The notes beneath the pieces were generated by a model. That model searched no databases, was not told the origin of the DNA, and was given only the letters and a program-made list of their open reading frames with translations. Position numbers and translations under genes: made by a program. Shown piece by piece: positions 36,355-44,682 of a stretch of DNA of 53,645 nucleotides (positions within the stretch are counted from its first letter, which is position 1; every line of letters starts with the position of its first letter). This stretch comes from a virus (taxonomy: Duplodnaviria; Caudoviricetes): positions 1 through 53,645 of IMG/VR virus record IMGVR_UViG_3300048033_000859. One strand, 5' to 3'.

Positions 36355-38223
36355 TTAGTATCCAAATATTGAGTCACTAGGAGTGTACCCTTTATTAAAA
36401 TCTGTACCCATTTCTTCAAATATGGACTTAGACCTTGGGCGAGACATAATAGCGTACCTTACGGAGTCATACGCATGGTCACTCTTGTATCGGCTGTCGA
36501 TATCATCGCTTCCTTTTGGGTCACTAGGAATTGTAGGCAAATCAGATATAATTTGTCGGCAGGTATCAAAAAATACTATCCCAGACAGTTCTGTAGTCTG
36601 ATCCACTTTTAACAATTCATGTAAGCGGTTTTTACCTGCAATTCGTGATCCAGCCGACCTATCGGAGGGCTTCCACCGACAACCTTGTGAGATCATTTCT
36701 TCTGCGATTGAGGGTCCCAATTGACCCCGTACATGCCAACAAGAAGAGTCCAGTATTCCGTAGGAAATATTCTCACCTTGTTCCGCGTCAAGTACAGCTT
36801 TAGCTAAATCCCGACCTGTATGCTTGCTGACGTATAACTCTCTGTAACATATCAGAGTTTCATAGGCGGGGTCAATAGCAAACCAATGAACTGCACTAAA
36901 ACTAGAGTACCCGTAATCGCACGATCTAAACCTCCTCCAATCAGGGGGGATAGTAAAGGGCTCCACAACATGATCTTTTAGTCTAAACTCAGAAAATGCG
37001 GCCCCATCGGCAACATTCCAATCACCTTCTAATAACTGCCGCCGTTGTGTTTCAGGGAGTGCTAGGAGGTTGGCTTCATACTGCCCATCTGCGTTAAGGT
37101 ATGGGTTATCTTTAAGTGAGGCAGGTATGAATTTTCGGTAGAATAGGGGTTGCCCTGCTTTTTCATGCCCCTCTGGGTATACTAAAGTTTCACCAGTTTC
37201 TAGGTCTGTGGCGGGGAACGCCTTGTTAGGCGGTGAGGGGTCAATATAGAGCTTGCGAACCCATTGATGGCCTGGCCCACCAGGATTTGTAGTGGCACGA
37301 ATAAAAATAGGAAGCGTAGGATCAGTGGTTCTCAAGCGACTGCGCATGTAGGATAACGCGAAGCTTGTGGGGTGTTGAGTCAGTTCATCGAAGCCTATGT
37401 AGCTAAAGGCTTGTCCTTGATACCTGAGTACATCTTCATCGCGTTCTAGGTAGGTTAACCATAGACGCGCACCCGATGGAAATACCCACTGAGACTTGCG
37501 TTCTTGCCACTTAGCGCCCTTGAAAGCTTTTGGGTAAAGCTCTTGGCACTTCCAGATGATTTCACGAAGTTCATCGGTGGTACGCCGTAGTATTAACCCA
37601 TTGAAATTAGGGTTAGAAAAGTACCTCATGGGGTCTGCGATCAGGGCCATAGTTTTTCCACCGCCCGCGCTCCCGCCATATAGGACTTCACGCTCTGATG
37701 CGGCGAGAAAATCTGTTTGTGGCCCTTGATTGGGTTTAAACAGAACCTCTTCATTGTCGGCGTCATTGGCGGCAGAGAAGTCGAGGGTATCTGAGAAGCT
37801 AGACTCTGGCTCTTCTTTTATTTTTTCTTTTACTTTATTTTCTGCCATGGTCAGTCTGCGTCTTGCTTGTGACAACCGCTGGCGAAGAGCCGCTTCTTCT
37901 TTTTCTTCTTTAGTCTTAGGTTTCCGCTTTCGCTTATCCTTATCTAGCTTCTTAATTCGATCTGTTTTGTTGGCACCCTGACGATGCTCTTTCCAAATCT
38001 TAGACAGACCTTGATGGGATATTTTGCGTCCCACCTTATCAGTTACCCACTCTGCAGTTTGGCGAAGGGAATGCCCTCCATCCAAATAGGTAAAGGCTTC
38101 CTCCATGAAAGGAGTTACCTGATCGTCTGGTACGAGAACTAAAGGATCGTCCTCGCAGGGCTTGTACCCATACGCTACTCTTGCAGTGGCGTTGGGCCGT
38201 ACCTTATTCTTCCATTGTGTCAT
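36355..38223 (-). CDS. terL: Terminase large subunit with an extra N-terminal domain
   Basis: P..GPQ, YGGSAGGGKT (Walker A), FDEL (Walker B), TTNPGG, nuclease DYG and DH.YD..RY. Confidence 0.95.
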   Translation of the reverse strand: MTQWKNKVRPNATARVAYGYKPCEDDPLVLVPDDQVTPFMEEAFTYLDGGHSLRQTAEWVTDKVGRKISHQGLSKIWKEHRQGANKTDRIKKLDKDKRKRKPKTKEEKEEAALRQRLSQARRRLTMAENKVKEKIKEEPESSFSDTLDFSAANDADNEEVLFKPNQGPQTDFLAASEREVLYGGSAGGGKTMALIADPMRYFSNPNFNGLILRRTTDELREIIWKCQELYPKAFKGAKWQERKSQWVFPSGARLWLTYLERDEDVLRYQGQAFSYIGFDELTQHPTSFALSYMRSRLRTTDPTLPIFIRATTNPGGPGHQWVRKLYIDPSPPNKAFPATDLETGETLVYPEGHEKAGQPLFYRKFIPASLKDNPYLNADGQYEANLLALPETQRRQLLEGDWNVADGAAFSEFRLKDHVVEPFTIPPDWRRFRSCDYGYSSFSAVHWFAIDPAYETLICYRELYVSKHTGRDLAKAVLDAEQGENISYGILDSSCWHVRGQLGPSIAEEMISQGCRWKPSDRSAGSRIAGKNRLHELLKVDQTTELSGIVFFDTCRQIISDLPTIPSDPKGSDDIDSRYKSDHAYDSVRYAIMSRPRSKSIFEEMGTDFNKGYTPSDSIFGY

Positions 38224-38590
38224 CGGCTACCTGCTTGGGTGGCATTATGAAAATACCCCCTTCTGGACCCTTGACTTCAATTTGTTCTTTCTTGACCAGC
38301 CCTGTACGGTCAAGGATTTCTTTTGCTGCCGAAACAGCGTTCCTAGCCCCCATAGCGGAGGGATCATCTAGGACGTTAAGCATGCCAAACGCAGCCTTTG
38401 GAGCGTTCATAGCCAGTAACATCTGGCTGCGCTCAATAATCTCACCTTTTAGGGGGTCTACGACTTCGCTGGTACGGGTATTATCTGAATATCCAGCTTC
38501 CCGCATAGCTTCTCGAATGTTTCCCCGTGCGGAGCCCACTAGAGCATCCAAAAAGGCAACCTGCTTGTCTGTGTAAGTCTTATTTTCCAT
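38204..38590 (-). CDS. terS: Terminase small subunit
   Basis: T.KQ..FL..L...GN...A...AGYS HTH pattern, AAKEILDR.G; adjacent to terL. Confidence 0.75.
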   Translation of the reverse strand: MENKTYTDKQVAFLDALVGSARGNIREAMREAGYSDNTRTSEVVDPLKGEIIERSQMLLAMNAPKAAFGMLNVLDDPSAMGARNAVSAAKEILDRTGLVKKEQIEVKGPEGGIFIMPPKQVADDTMEE

Positions 38591-38592
38591 GA

Positions 38593-38859
38593 CTACCTCA
38601 TGTAGATAAATGCGAGGCCGACTGCGCCAGACAGGAGCATCCAAAATAACCGCTCTGCAAAGGCGATCTTCTGTTCCCGCTGTATTCCCGCCTTTTCCAT
38701 ATCATCTAGTCGCTCATCAAAACGCTTCAGAGAATTATCTAGGTGATCCATACGTTTGAATGCAGAAATTTGACGTTCTTCCATACGAGCCATAATTATT
38801 ATAGCTTCTGAAACCCTGTCTATTTTCTCTTCCAATCGGTCCAACCGTTCTTCTACCAT
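38593..38859 (-). CDS. Coiled-coil protein with C-terminal TM helix
   Basis: RLDRLEEKID...ARMEER..., hydrophobic C-terminus. Confidence 0.7.
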   Translation of the reverse strand: MVEERLDRLEEKIDRVSEAIIIMARMEERQISAFKRMDHLDNSLKRFDERLDDMEKAGIQREQKIAFAERLFWMLLSGAVGLAFIYMR

Positions 38860-38860
38860 C

Positions 38861-39328
38861 TTACCACTTGCCCTGACCTTTTCCGATGTAATATATGATG
38901 GTTCCAAATAGTCCTGCCGCCACAAGGGTAGCTAAGAGCCCACCTACAAGTTCTAAGGTCTTGCGCATAAATTCAGCTTTGGCGTATTCGGTCTTTTTTT
39001 TATGCTCCCGCATGCTACGGAGAGTGTTTTTGTATTCTTTCAAGCCTGATGGTCCATATATAAACTGAATTGCATCTTCCAATTCTTTTTTTAATTCCAT
39101 AGACTTGCGCTTTGAAGAGAACGCTAATGCTGCGCGTTCCTCAAAACTGCCGCTGAATCTATCGGTTATAGTGGGGTTGTTAGCCCTACGCTCGGCTTCG
39201 TTAATATCAGCCCATGCCCCACTGAATTTTGTTAATGCTTCTGTCGTATCTCTACCTGCGTTTACCAGACTTTTAAACTGGGATACGGCTGTTGTAGCCA
39301 CAGATAAAGCAGTTAACGGATCAATCAT
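38861..39328 (-). CDS. Membrane-anchored hypothetical protein
   Basis: MIDPLTAL N-terminus and C-terminal TM helix. Confidence 0.7.
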   Translation of the reverse strand: MIDPLTALSVATTAVSQFKSLVNAGRDTTEALTKFSGAWADINEAERRANNPTITDRFSGSFEERAALAFSSKRKSMELKKELEDAIQFIYGPSGLKEYKNTLRSMREHKKKTEYAKAEFMRKTLELVGGLLATLVAAGLFGTIIYYIGKGQGKW

Positions 39329-39479
39329 ACTTAAAGTCCCCTGATCAATATGCGTGATGGGGGACGTAAAATATGCAGCCAGAAAGCTGACCGTCTATGT
39401 CTCTATTATGAGACCAACCGTTATATGCCGCTTGGTTAGTACCATCATATCCTTACCTCCCCAGTAGGATACGACTGAC

Positions 39480-39623
39480 CTAAGATTTCTTGGTAGTTTT
39501 CTTCTTCTTTTTAGGCCAACCTGCTTTCATGTCAGCGTAGGCTTTGTCACTAACTGTGCTCTTTTTCTTAGAGCGACTAGTTCCATTCTTTTTCCGCGCA
39601 TTCATGTTGTTTACTAGGGACAT
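39480..39623 (-). CDS. Small Lys-rich basic protein (start uncertain; may extend upstream in frame)
   Basis: MSLVNNMNARKKNGTSRSKKKST...WPKKKKK. Confidence 0.6.
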   Translation of the reverse strand: MSLVNNMNARKKNGTSRSKKKSTVSDKAYADMKAGWPKKKKKTTKKS

Positions 39624-39696
39624 TTTAAAGCTTTCATAAATTCTCTTGTCGGATGTAATTAGAAGTAATTGCCCAGTGTCAGAATATACTCTGTAC

Positions 39697-39987
39697 TTAC
39701 CAATCTCTGCACGACCAATGCTTTGCTGAGAGTTTGTTTTTAGCAGCATCAGTGTCACACCCATGACGCGCCCTGAAAGACTTACGAGCCGCCGCATTAT
39801 TCGGGCGGTTCTTCATGTCTGGGTCCCCAAAGCGAACAAGTTTAATTTCATCACCTTGTTTGGCTAGCACTGCCTTAGCTTTCGCACTCCCAGGAGTCCG
39901 TTTAGGCTTATTATATCCTGCAAAGGTTTCGCCGCGATATTTAATACGCCCACTAGGCAGACGTTCAACGTCCTTCGTACTCGCCAT
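39697..39987 (-). CDS. Basic phage protein (DUF6321-like)
   Basis: GYNKPKRTP...KLVRFGD...RKSFRARH.C...A..WSC..W. Confidence 0.75.
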   Translation of the reverse strand: MASTKDVERLPSGRIKYRGETFAGYNKPKRTPGSAKAKAVLAKQGDEIKLVRFGDPDMKNRPNNAAARKSFRARHGCDTDAAKNKLSAKHWSCRDW

Positions 39988-40129
39988 AGGTAACTTCTCT
40001 GATTTGACTGCGACCAATCCCTATGTCTCTTAGCTCTCTATCTGAAAGCGTTTGTAACAAGATGTAGTCTGCGCGTTTTTGTTGATACGCTTCAAAGCTT
40101 TTCCAAGCTCGGTGTAGTAATGATACCAT
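39965..40129 (-). CDS. DUF1127 (YjiS/CcaF1-like) small protein, 54 aa (not in ORF track)
   Basis: AGGAGG RBS; MVSLLHRAWKSFEAYQQKRADYILLQTLSDRELRDIGIGRSQIREVTYGEYEGR with L..LSD.EL.DIG..R..I signature; upstream extended -10 TGGTATAAT (40163-40171). Confidence 0.85.
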   Translation of the reverse strand: MVSLLHRAWKSFEAYQQKRADYILLQTLSDRELRDIGIGRSQIREVTYGEYEGR

Positions 40130-40212
40130 TATAACCTCCTGTAAGTGGTATGTACAGAGGATATTATACCATCACTGATTAAAGGGTTGTTCCCATTAAA
40201 TGGGCATACCCG

Positions 40213-40887
40213 CTAGTCCCTAGCCGAAAGCCTCGCAACAGTCCTGTTGAGTAGCCACACGACAAACTTTGAATGCCAAGTCTTCATCTTTCGCTCGACA
40301 TCCAGAAATAAAATAGAGCGCGGATAGAAAGTGCCATTTACGACGTAGTGCTCGTAGGTATCATCGAATGCTAATACCTGCCCGTCACGCCAAAATTGCA
40401 GTTGCTCATCGACCATAATAAAGCAGTTTTTACTGTTGGGTGTCTGTAGCCCGATATGGACTCTTACACTCCCTCGCCATGGCCCACTGTGAGCTTCTAT
40501 CCGCGCCTTTGGTTCCAAATGTGAAACCATAGCTAATCTAATATCTTTGTGGCGACCCAAAATTTCTAACGTCCTAGGGCATTGAACACGGGCGTTAGGG
40601 GTAGGCTTTGAGTACCACTTTAAAATAAACTTATGCCACTTCCCATCTTTGGTTATGTCCTCATCAAAGAACAGGTCACCTTGGATTGGAGTGGCATACT
40701 GTGCAGCTTGCAATAATTCTTGCTGCACCTCTTCAAAATTATCTAACAGGTCTGTTACGCAAGCTCGTTTTGCGAAGGTCTCTGTTAGATTGGCATGCAC
40801 AGGATCAAAAGAATTGTTGGCTATATAATCGTTGATACGATCAAGCCCTTTATAAAATATGTCTGTGCTAAAAATTCTGGATAACAT
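40213..40887 (-). CDS. Aspartyl/asparaginyl beta-hydroxylase family dioxygenase (LpxO-like)
   Basis: F.LKWY, CP.T, H.GP..G..R.H.GL.TP, WRDG....FDDTY.H...N...R..LF.DVER. Confidence 0.88.
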   Translation of the reverse strand: MLSRIFSTDIFYKGLDRINDYIANNSFDPVHANLTETFAKRACVTDLLDNFEEVQQELLQAAQYATPIQGDLFFDEDITKDGKWHKFILKWYSKPTPNARVQCPRTLEILGRHKDIRLAMVSHLEPKARIEAHSGPWRGSVRVHIGLQTPNSKNCFIMVDEQLQFWRDGQVLAFDDTYEHYVVNGTFYPRSILFLDVERKMKTWHSKFVVWLLNRTVARLSARD

Positions 40888-40891
40888 GATA

Positions 40892-41092
40892 TTAAACAGG
40901 GATACCTTTTGGAATACGGATACAGAACGGGACGTAGCTATAAACGTCCCCAAACCGCTTCTTAAAGCCAAGGGCAGCAGATGTTGATTTGTCTCTGCAG
41001 GTGATCTGATCAGTAAAGATGCGCGGGGAAGATGAGTAAAAACACTGACTTTCCACAGCCATCGAACACATAACGACCAGACCGATAAACAT
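40892..41092 (-). CDS. Small Cys-containing hypothetical protein
   Basis: 66 aa, hydrophobic N-terminus, four Cys. Confidence 0.65.
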   Translation of the reverse strand: MFIGLVVMCSMAVESQCFYSSSPRIFTDQITCRDKSTSAALGFKKRFGDVYSYVPFCIRIPKGIPV

Positions 41093-41271
41093 TAGTATTC
41101 CATCTTTTTCTTGGGCTTTTTAGCGTATCCACCTTTTGAGTAACCAGCCTTGGGTTTCTTTAGGTTAGTGATATCGATACCATTACCCTCAACCGCCATA
41201 TACCCACCGCCAGCGGCCTGTACGGAGGCACCGCAATTGGACTCTTTAACTTTTGCAACTTTATAACGCAT
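41092..41271 (-). CDS. Small basic protein, 59 aa (not in ORF track)
   Basis: MRYKVAKVKESNCGASVQAAGGGY...GYSKGGYAKKPKKKMEY; TAATG overlap with the next gene. Confidence 0.7.
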   Translation of the reverse strand: MRYKVAKVKESNCGASVQAAGGGYMAVEGNGIDITNLKKPKAGYSKGGYAKKPKKKMEY

Positions 41272-41280
41272 AGCTATGTT

Positions 41281-41559
41281 CTACCTGTCTTCATGGAGTT
41301 TCTTTGCAATCCTCGCCGCATCCCTAGTAGCTTTAGGGGGCGAAGAGCTTATTTCTGTGTCGAAGAAATCTGCATACCCTGTGAAGGGCTGGGCGTTCCT
41401 ACGAGCTTGATCTTGGGTGATTAGGCCCTCTTCTACTAATAACTCCCTCGTCCTAGCTAGGGACAGCCTGACGCCTGTGTTGGCCTCAATAGCTGCGCGA
41501 ATGTAGTGGAGATTAATTGTGTACTTGTCGGAGCCTGTACTAGATGGTGCTCTAGTCAT
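41281..41559 (-). CDS. Hypothetical protein
   Basis: 92 aa with its own upstream promoter-like TTGACT-N18-TATAAC (41579-41608). Confidence 0.7.
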   Translation of the reverse strand: MTRAPSSTGSDKYTINLHYIRAAIEANTGVRLSLARTRELLVEEGLITQDQARRNAQPFTGYADFFDTEISSSPPKATRDAARIAKKLHEDR

Positions 41560-41621
41560 ATATTTCCATCTTCTAATCGTTATAACATGGAGATTATCTG
41601 TTAGTCAACTAAAAGAACCCC

Positions 41622-41650
41622 TAGACAGGGACCCTTTTATATGGTAAAAT
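41622..41650 (+). promoter_or_regulatory. Promoter-like element firing antisense to the endonuclease gene
   Basis: TAGACA-N17-TAAAAT with GGGACCCT spacer motif and extended -10. Confidence 0.5.
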
Positions 41651-41671
41651 CAGATTGTCCTCTGGGGGTTA

Positions 41672-42082
41672 CTATATATACAGAGACAGTCTTTCCTTTA
41701 CCTCGCCATACGGAACATCAAGTCGATAGGCGAGTAGCCTGATAGCATCAGATACCGTTGCATCTTGTTTAAGACGATTAGCCCTCTGAGAGATCACCCG
41801 AACATTTCCCTTAATATAACCTTTGGTAGGATTAATCCTGTCAAGGGATGGACTATTATTGCTCCCACCCTGCCCCTTCTTGAAGTAATCAATTGGGGTA
41901 TTCATCACAGGGCAGTTTAAGGGGAAGGGGGATAGGTCATCGACTTCAAGATCGAATTCTATCCCCTCCTGTTTTGATTTGTTCTGGACTACCGATAGGG
42001 TCTGTCTGAACTTTAATCTGCAATACGCATCAAATAGTTCAGGTACGTTAAGGTGAGTGAGTTCATCTGGATCATACTGCAT
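41672..42082 (-). CDS. HNH-like (His-Me finger) endonuclease
   Basis: CPV...PSLDRI.P.KGY..GNV.VIS..AN..K signature. Confidence 0.8.
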   Translation of the reverse strand: MQYDPDELTHLNVPELFDAYCRLKFRQTLSVVQNKSKQEGIEFDLEVDDLSPFPLNCPVMNTPIDYFKKGQGGSNNSPSLDRINPTKGYIKGNVRVISQRANRLKQDATVSDAIRLLAYRLDVPYGEVKERLSLYI

Positions 42083-42416
42083 CGCCATCACCCTCAAAGA
42101 AGCGCATCAGGTGGTCTTTACCGTTGACGTAGTCTTCTTGGAGTTCTGCAGCCTTTAATACACGCTTAGAAGCTTCTGAAAGGGCATGCCCCATAGTGTA
42201 CAGAGAGCTATATCCCTCGTACCCTAAGTCATCACGGCAAGTCTCTATTGCGGAATCTAGTAATTCCCCAAAAGGTACTGCCACGACATTAGCATCGTCC
42301 TCATCTATGGGAGTATAAGTGAAACAAGAGATGGTTAGGATACCATCCTGGTCTACTTCTAGTTCATGTTCGATGTCCAACTCAAAGTCGAACCGTATTG
42401 TTTCTGTGTTCGTCAT
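42072..42416 (-). CDS. Acidic hypothetical protein
   Basis: About 114 aa from the ATG at 42416; first gene after the promoter at 42477-42505. Confidence 0.65.
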   Translation of the reverse strand: MTNTETIRFDFELDIEHELEVDQDGILTISCFTYTPIDEDDANVVAVPFGELLDSAIETCRDDLGYEGYSSLYTMGHALSEASKRVLKAAELQEDYVNGKDHLMRFFEGDGDAV

Positions 42417-42476
42417 ATCACCACTGCTCTTATAGGTGACCCTACCCAATCAGCCGTTATTATTATTATTGGGAGT

Positions 42477-42505
42477 ACCCTACAGCACCATATCTGGTAT
42501 GTCAA
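42477..42505 (-). promoter_or_regulatory. Sigma70-type promoter at the head of the packaging/structural arm
   Basis: TTGACA-N17-TAGGGT. Confidence 0.55.
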
Positions 42506-42509
42506 CTCT

Positions 42510-43050
42510 TAGGGGTACTATTACAACCCCTATTACGTTTACAATCTCCACGGGACCCCTATTCTAGCCATACTACGGAGTTTACATACTAATTAATTCT
42601 GGTCCGTATCCCCCCATGCTAACCCTAGGCGGTTTACTGTCCAATTTTCCTTATTTTGTGCATAGACTGTATACGATATCGTACCCCACCCCCCATGGCG
42701 CTTGGCCCCCCCGATTTCTTTCGAGCATTGCTAACCTTCTGATTTTATTAGGGTAATTATCTTAGGAAAGATACGAGAGAGGGAAAATCTTCAGGGAATT
42801 TATAGAGAAAAGAAATGAAAGAGAATTTCTGCAGGTTTATCAAAGAATTAACCCTGTGAAACTCATAACTTTTTGGTAACAGAATAAGAAAAAAGGGCAG
42901 AGATTTTGCGTGTGACAGAAAATTTAAGTCGTGTGGTGCCGCATGGCGATGCACTCTATTAAACCTGAGATATCTCTAGGACTAATCTACAGGGATAACT
43001 AGGGGGGGTTTAACTCTTTAGGCCACTACCCTAGCCAAACTACAGGGGCT
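42510..43050. other. Largest non-coding interval; candidate physical terminus or packaging-initiation region
   Basis: No convincing ORF; palindrome TACGATATCGTA (42672-42683), C runs, IHF-like site (42732-42744), purine-skewed tract. Confidence 0.4.
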
Positions 43051-43102
43051 AGCTTGTGTGGCCCTCTCTCTGGTCTATCGGCGCGGGATATAACAGGGCA
43101 AT

Positions 43103-43130
43103 AAAAAAGACCCCCAAGAGAGGGGGCCTA
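43103..43130 (-). terminator. Repeated early-region terminator, copy 1
   Basis: TAGGCCCCC-loop-GGGGGTCTTTTTT on the minus strand. Confidence 0.85.
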
Positions 43131-43151
43131 GATATTGTTAAGGGGGAGAGT

Positions 43152-43352
43152 TTAGAAGGGACCGTATGCAAGCCACAGGGCTTTATCAGGGTAATGGTCA
43201 CAGTCTCCAATTGCGTATTCGTAATAGATGTTAGGGTGTCTCTCTGAGATTGCTTTTCTAGCTGCATCATTACAATTAAACACCCTGTTATCTACTACGG
43301 TCCAAGGGTAGCTTGTATCGAATGACGCTCTAAATTTTAAGAAATAAGACAT
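43152..43352 (-). CDS. Early hypothetical protein
   Basis: 66 aa, TAATG coupling, GAGG RBS. Confidence 0.7.
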   Translation of the reverse strand: MSYFLKFRASFDTSYPWTVVDNRVFNCNDAARKAISERHPNIYYEYAIGDCDHYPDKALWLAYGPF

Positions 43353-43636
43353 TAGGCCACCTCTGCAGTCGAGAGCTTTTTAATTAGCTCTATGGTCTCT
43401 CTGGCCCGTCCTAATCTGTAACGGGAAGTTGATATCTCACTTGTTAGCCTATCCCTTTCCTTTTTTAATTCGTGGACGGTGTTTAGCTCTTGTTTGAGGC
43501 ATGCAATAAGAATGTGAATATCTTTGCATGTTTCTACCATCCCATCCTTGTGCAGATCAGCGGCAATCAAATGCATCAATTCTATTTGAGCCCAAGGGTC
43601 TAGTTCTTGGGCGGTGTTTTGATTTTCGGTATTCAT
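43352..43636 (-). CDS. Early hypothetical coiled-coil protein
   Basis: 94 aa, preceded by the conserved leader motif. Confidence 0.75.
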   Translation of the reverse strand: MNTENQNTAQELDPWAQIELMHLIAADLHKDGMVETCKDIHILIACLKQELNTVHELKKERDRLTSEISTSRYRLGRARETIELIKKLSTAEVA

Positions 43637-43639
43637 TTT

Positions 43640-43663
43640 GTGGTATCCTTTTAAGTTAGTGAA
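43640..43663 (-). promoter_or_regulatory. Conserved early leader motif, copy 1
   Basis: mRNA sense TTCACTAACTTAAAAGGATACCAC, 3 nt before ATG; preceded by a GC hairpin with CTACGG loop. Confidence 0.85.
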
Positions 43664-43687
43664 GGGGGACCGTAGCCCCCCGATTGA

Positions 43688-43978
43688 TTATTTGCCTAGT
43701 CTCCAATCATGCTGGACTGCCATGATTTTAGGGGAACTGTGGTCCTCTACGTTAACGAAAACGAATCCCCTATCAGTTGCCCCCATTCGCCACATTCCAA
43801 GCCAATCTAGACGGTCTAAGAGCTTTTGGGCTGCATAGGTATGGTTACCCTCTACGTTTAAACTATCGTCCCAAGTTGTGGTATAAGTTGACCCCTTGTG
43901 ACCGCTGGAAGTCATGGCCTTGACCCTTGGGCCTTTTGTATCTGTAGGGCCTAGATATTTTGTGAGGATAGTTTGCAT
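43688..43978 (-). CDS. Early hypothetical protein
   Basis: MQTILTKYLGPTDTKGPRVKA..., 96 aa. Confidence 0.75.
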   Translation of the reverse strand: MQTILTKYLGPTDTKGPRVKAMTSSGHKGSTYTTTWDDSLNVEGNHTYAAQKLLDRLDWLGMWRMGATDRGFVFVNVEDHSSPKIMAVQHDWRLGK

Positions 43979-44227
43979 CTATTTGCCCCCCGATGTTTTC
44001 ACAGATTGATAATTCTTGTCCCAAATTTTATCCAAATAAAAATGATAGTGGGCACGGGAAACTGTGATTGTGCGATGCTTCATAGTTCTTTGATAGGGGG
44101 TCCCATCACTCTTATATGTTTGAGGGTATTCAGGGCGGGGAGCTTCTAGCGTCAAAGTATATTTGCCGCTGTCAGTTTTACCTACGGCAGAGACTGCCCA
44201 GATATTAGGGTTGAAAAGTTTCTGCAT
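43979..44227 (-). CDS. Early hypothetical protein
   Basis: 82 aa, abuts both neighbours. Confidence 0.7.
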   Translation of the reverse strand: MQKLFNPNIWAVSAVGKTDSGKYTLTLEAPRPEYPQTYKSDGTPYQRTMKHRTITVSRAHYHFYLDKIWDKNYQSVKTSGGK

Positions 44228-44407
44228 TTATACACCCCCCGCCAAAAAATCACCGAGCTTGCACGATAACCATGGGCCAAAGAATAGCCCTAGGACAAGC
44301 CCAGAGGCCCCGAGAGCAGAGTTGATAGACCAGAAGGCCCAACAGATTAGAAAGGGGCTCGATACTGTTAGCAGAGCAGAAAATATGGAAATGATTAAAA
44401 GTTTCAT
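44228..44407 (-). CDS. Early small membrane protein, 59 aa (not in ORF track)
   Basis: MKLLIISIFSALLTVSSPFLICWAFW...LVLGLFFGPWL; follows leader motif copy 2. Confidence 0.75.
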   Translation of the reverse strand: MKLLIISIFSALLTVSSPFLICWAFWSINSALGASGLVLGLFFGPWLSCKLGDFLAGGV

Positions 44408-44410
44408 AGT

Positions 44411-44435
44411 GTGGTATCCTTTTAAGGTTAGTGAA
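44411..44435 (-). promoter_or_regulatory. Conserved early leader motif, copy 2
   Basis: mRNA sense TTCACTAACCTTAAAAGGATACCAC; preceded by a GC hairpin with GCAA loop. Confidence 0.85.
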
Positions 44436-44460
44436 GCCCCCCTTGCGGGGGGCCTAGGGT

Positions 44461-44679
44461 TTAAAATCCGTTAGAGGTCTTTTCTTCTAGTTCCAGTGCA
44501 TCAGATAACCAATCTATCACACGCTCCCACTGTCTAGGGAGGTCAGTTAAAGAGATATCAAAACCAGCGGCAAGAATTTCACCCTCTAAGAATATCATCT
44601 TATCTGCGCCAATTTGAGCGTACTGGTCTGCTAGTGATTTAGTTGCTAGTTTTTCAATTTCTGATTTAGTAATTTTCAT
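44461..44679 (-). CDS. Early hypothetical protein
   Basis: 72 aa starting MKITKSEIE after leader motif copy 3. Confidence 0.75.
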   Translation of the reverse strand: MKITKSEIEKLATKSLADQYAQIGADKMIFLEGEILAAGFDISLTDLPRQWERVIDWLSDALELEEKTSNGF

Positions 44680-44682
44680 AGT

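Noticed and set aside
8545-38576. Numerous + strand ORFs within the structural arm (for example 26454-27119, 27881-28261, 31063-31449)
   Set aside because: They are antisense shadows of well-supported minus-strand genes and show no recognisable motifs.
39395-39448. 17-aa ORF MMVLTKRHITVGLIIET with a GGAGG RBS
   Set aside because: Too short to support from sequence alone; it could be real but there is no second line of evidence.
42757-43270. ORFs 42757-42954 and 43049-43270 as genes
   Set aside because: Low-complexity translation or reading through a terminator, with no clear RBS.
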